64,000 bases of DNA, taken from a virus. The notes under the pieces are model-generated. The model did no database searches, was not told the DNA's origin, and was given only the letters and a program-made list of their open reading frames with translations. Shown in pieces: positions 63,597 to 64,000 of the stretch. Within the stretch, counting starts at the first letter, position 1. The number at the start of each line of letters is the position of its first letter. Position numbers and translations under genes: made by a program. Location: IMG/VR virus record IMGVR_UViG_3300045391_004297, positions 13,037 through 77,036 of that record; one strand, written 5' to 3'.

Positions 63597-63980
63597 TTAA
63601 TCCACCAACGCCTTGAGTTTCAGCGCGTAGTACAACTCGCGCCGCGACTTCGTGTCGGTCTTCTTGTACAACTTGTTGATCCGCGTCGCCATCGTCTCCG
63701 GGGTGACATCGAAGTAATGGGCCAACTCCAACCGCGAAGTCTTGTGCGACGTGGCCCACAGCCGAGCAAGTTCCAGCTCGTTATCGGTCAAGTCGAACTC
63801 ATGCAACTTCTCGTACTTGGCCATCTTCTCCAAGACCTCACGCATCAGTCGGCCAGCCTCCATACAGGCGACTACCCAATGCCGGTTGAGGTCTTGCAGC
63901 ACTTTTTGGGCCGTCAACGTTGGCATGCCGACCGGTTTGAAATTGGCCTCCATCCGCAACGCCTCGTCCATCCGACGCAC
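63597..63980 (-). CDS. LuxR-type HTH regulator (may extend beyond window)
   Basis: LTDNELE.A.L......ELA..F.VT..T...RINKLYKK. Confidence 0.75.
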   Translation of the reverse strand: MRRMDEALRMEANFKPVGMPTLTAQKVLQDLNRHWVVACMEAGRLMREVLEKMAKYEKLHEFDLTDNELELARLWATSHKTSRLELAHYFDVTPETMATRINKLYKKTDTKSRRELYYALKLKALVD

Positions 63981-64000
63981 CGCATCCCAAGCCCGGACAA

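Overview
This window is most of a ~57% GC actinobacterial siphovirus genome. The left arm (+ strand, ~0.7-30.9 kb) holds packaging, Mu-like head, tail and lysis genes. The right arm (- strand, 30.9-64 kb) holds a UDG-domain DNA polymerase A, primase-helicase, Sak4/SSB/Cas4-like recombination genes, an SNF2 helicase, 9 canonical tRNAs and many accessory genes. No integrase or canonical CRISPR array is visible. Most notable: a stand-alone Cas7/RAMP-like gene (48507-49394). Four intergenic non-coding blocks (1.7, 4.6, 6.4, 8.7 kb) are built of ~28-40 nt GAC-anchored units with a C at every 5th base; a related, weaker block lies at 59.2 kb. A GGY-NN pentamer run sits just upstream of the Cas7-like operon. 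Together these suggest a CRISPR-independent RNA-guided system with a 5-nt register (inference, untested). Also seen: two tandem circularly permuted tRNA mimics (YrlA/Y-RNA-like) with no Ro60 gene in the window, an aberrant tRNA right after the Cas7-like gene, two candidate immune-signal sponges (Acb2/Tad1-like, Tad2/DUF2829-like) and an LPXTG surface protein. All family assignments come from motif recognition by eye, not database searches.
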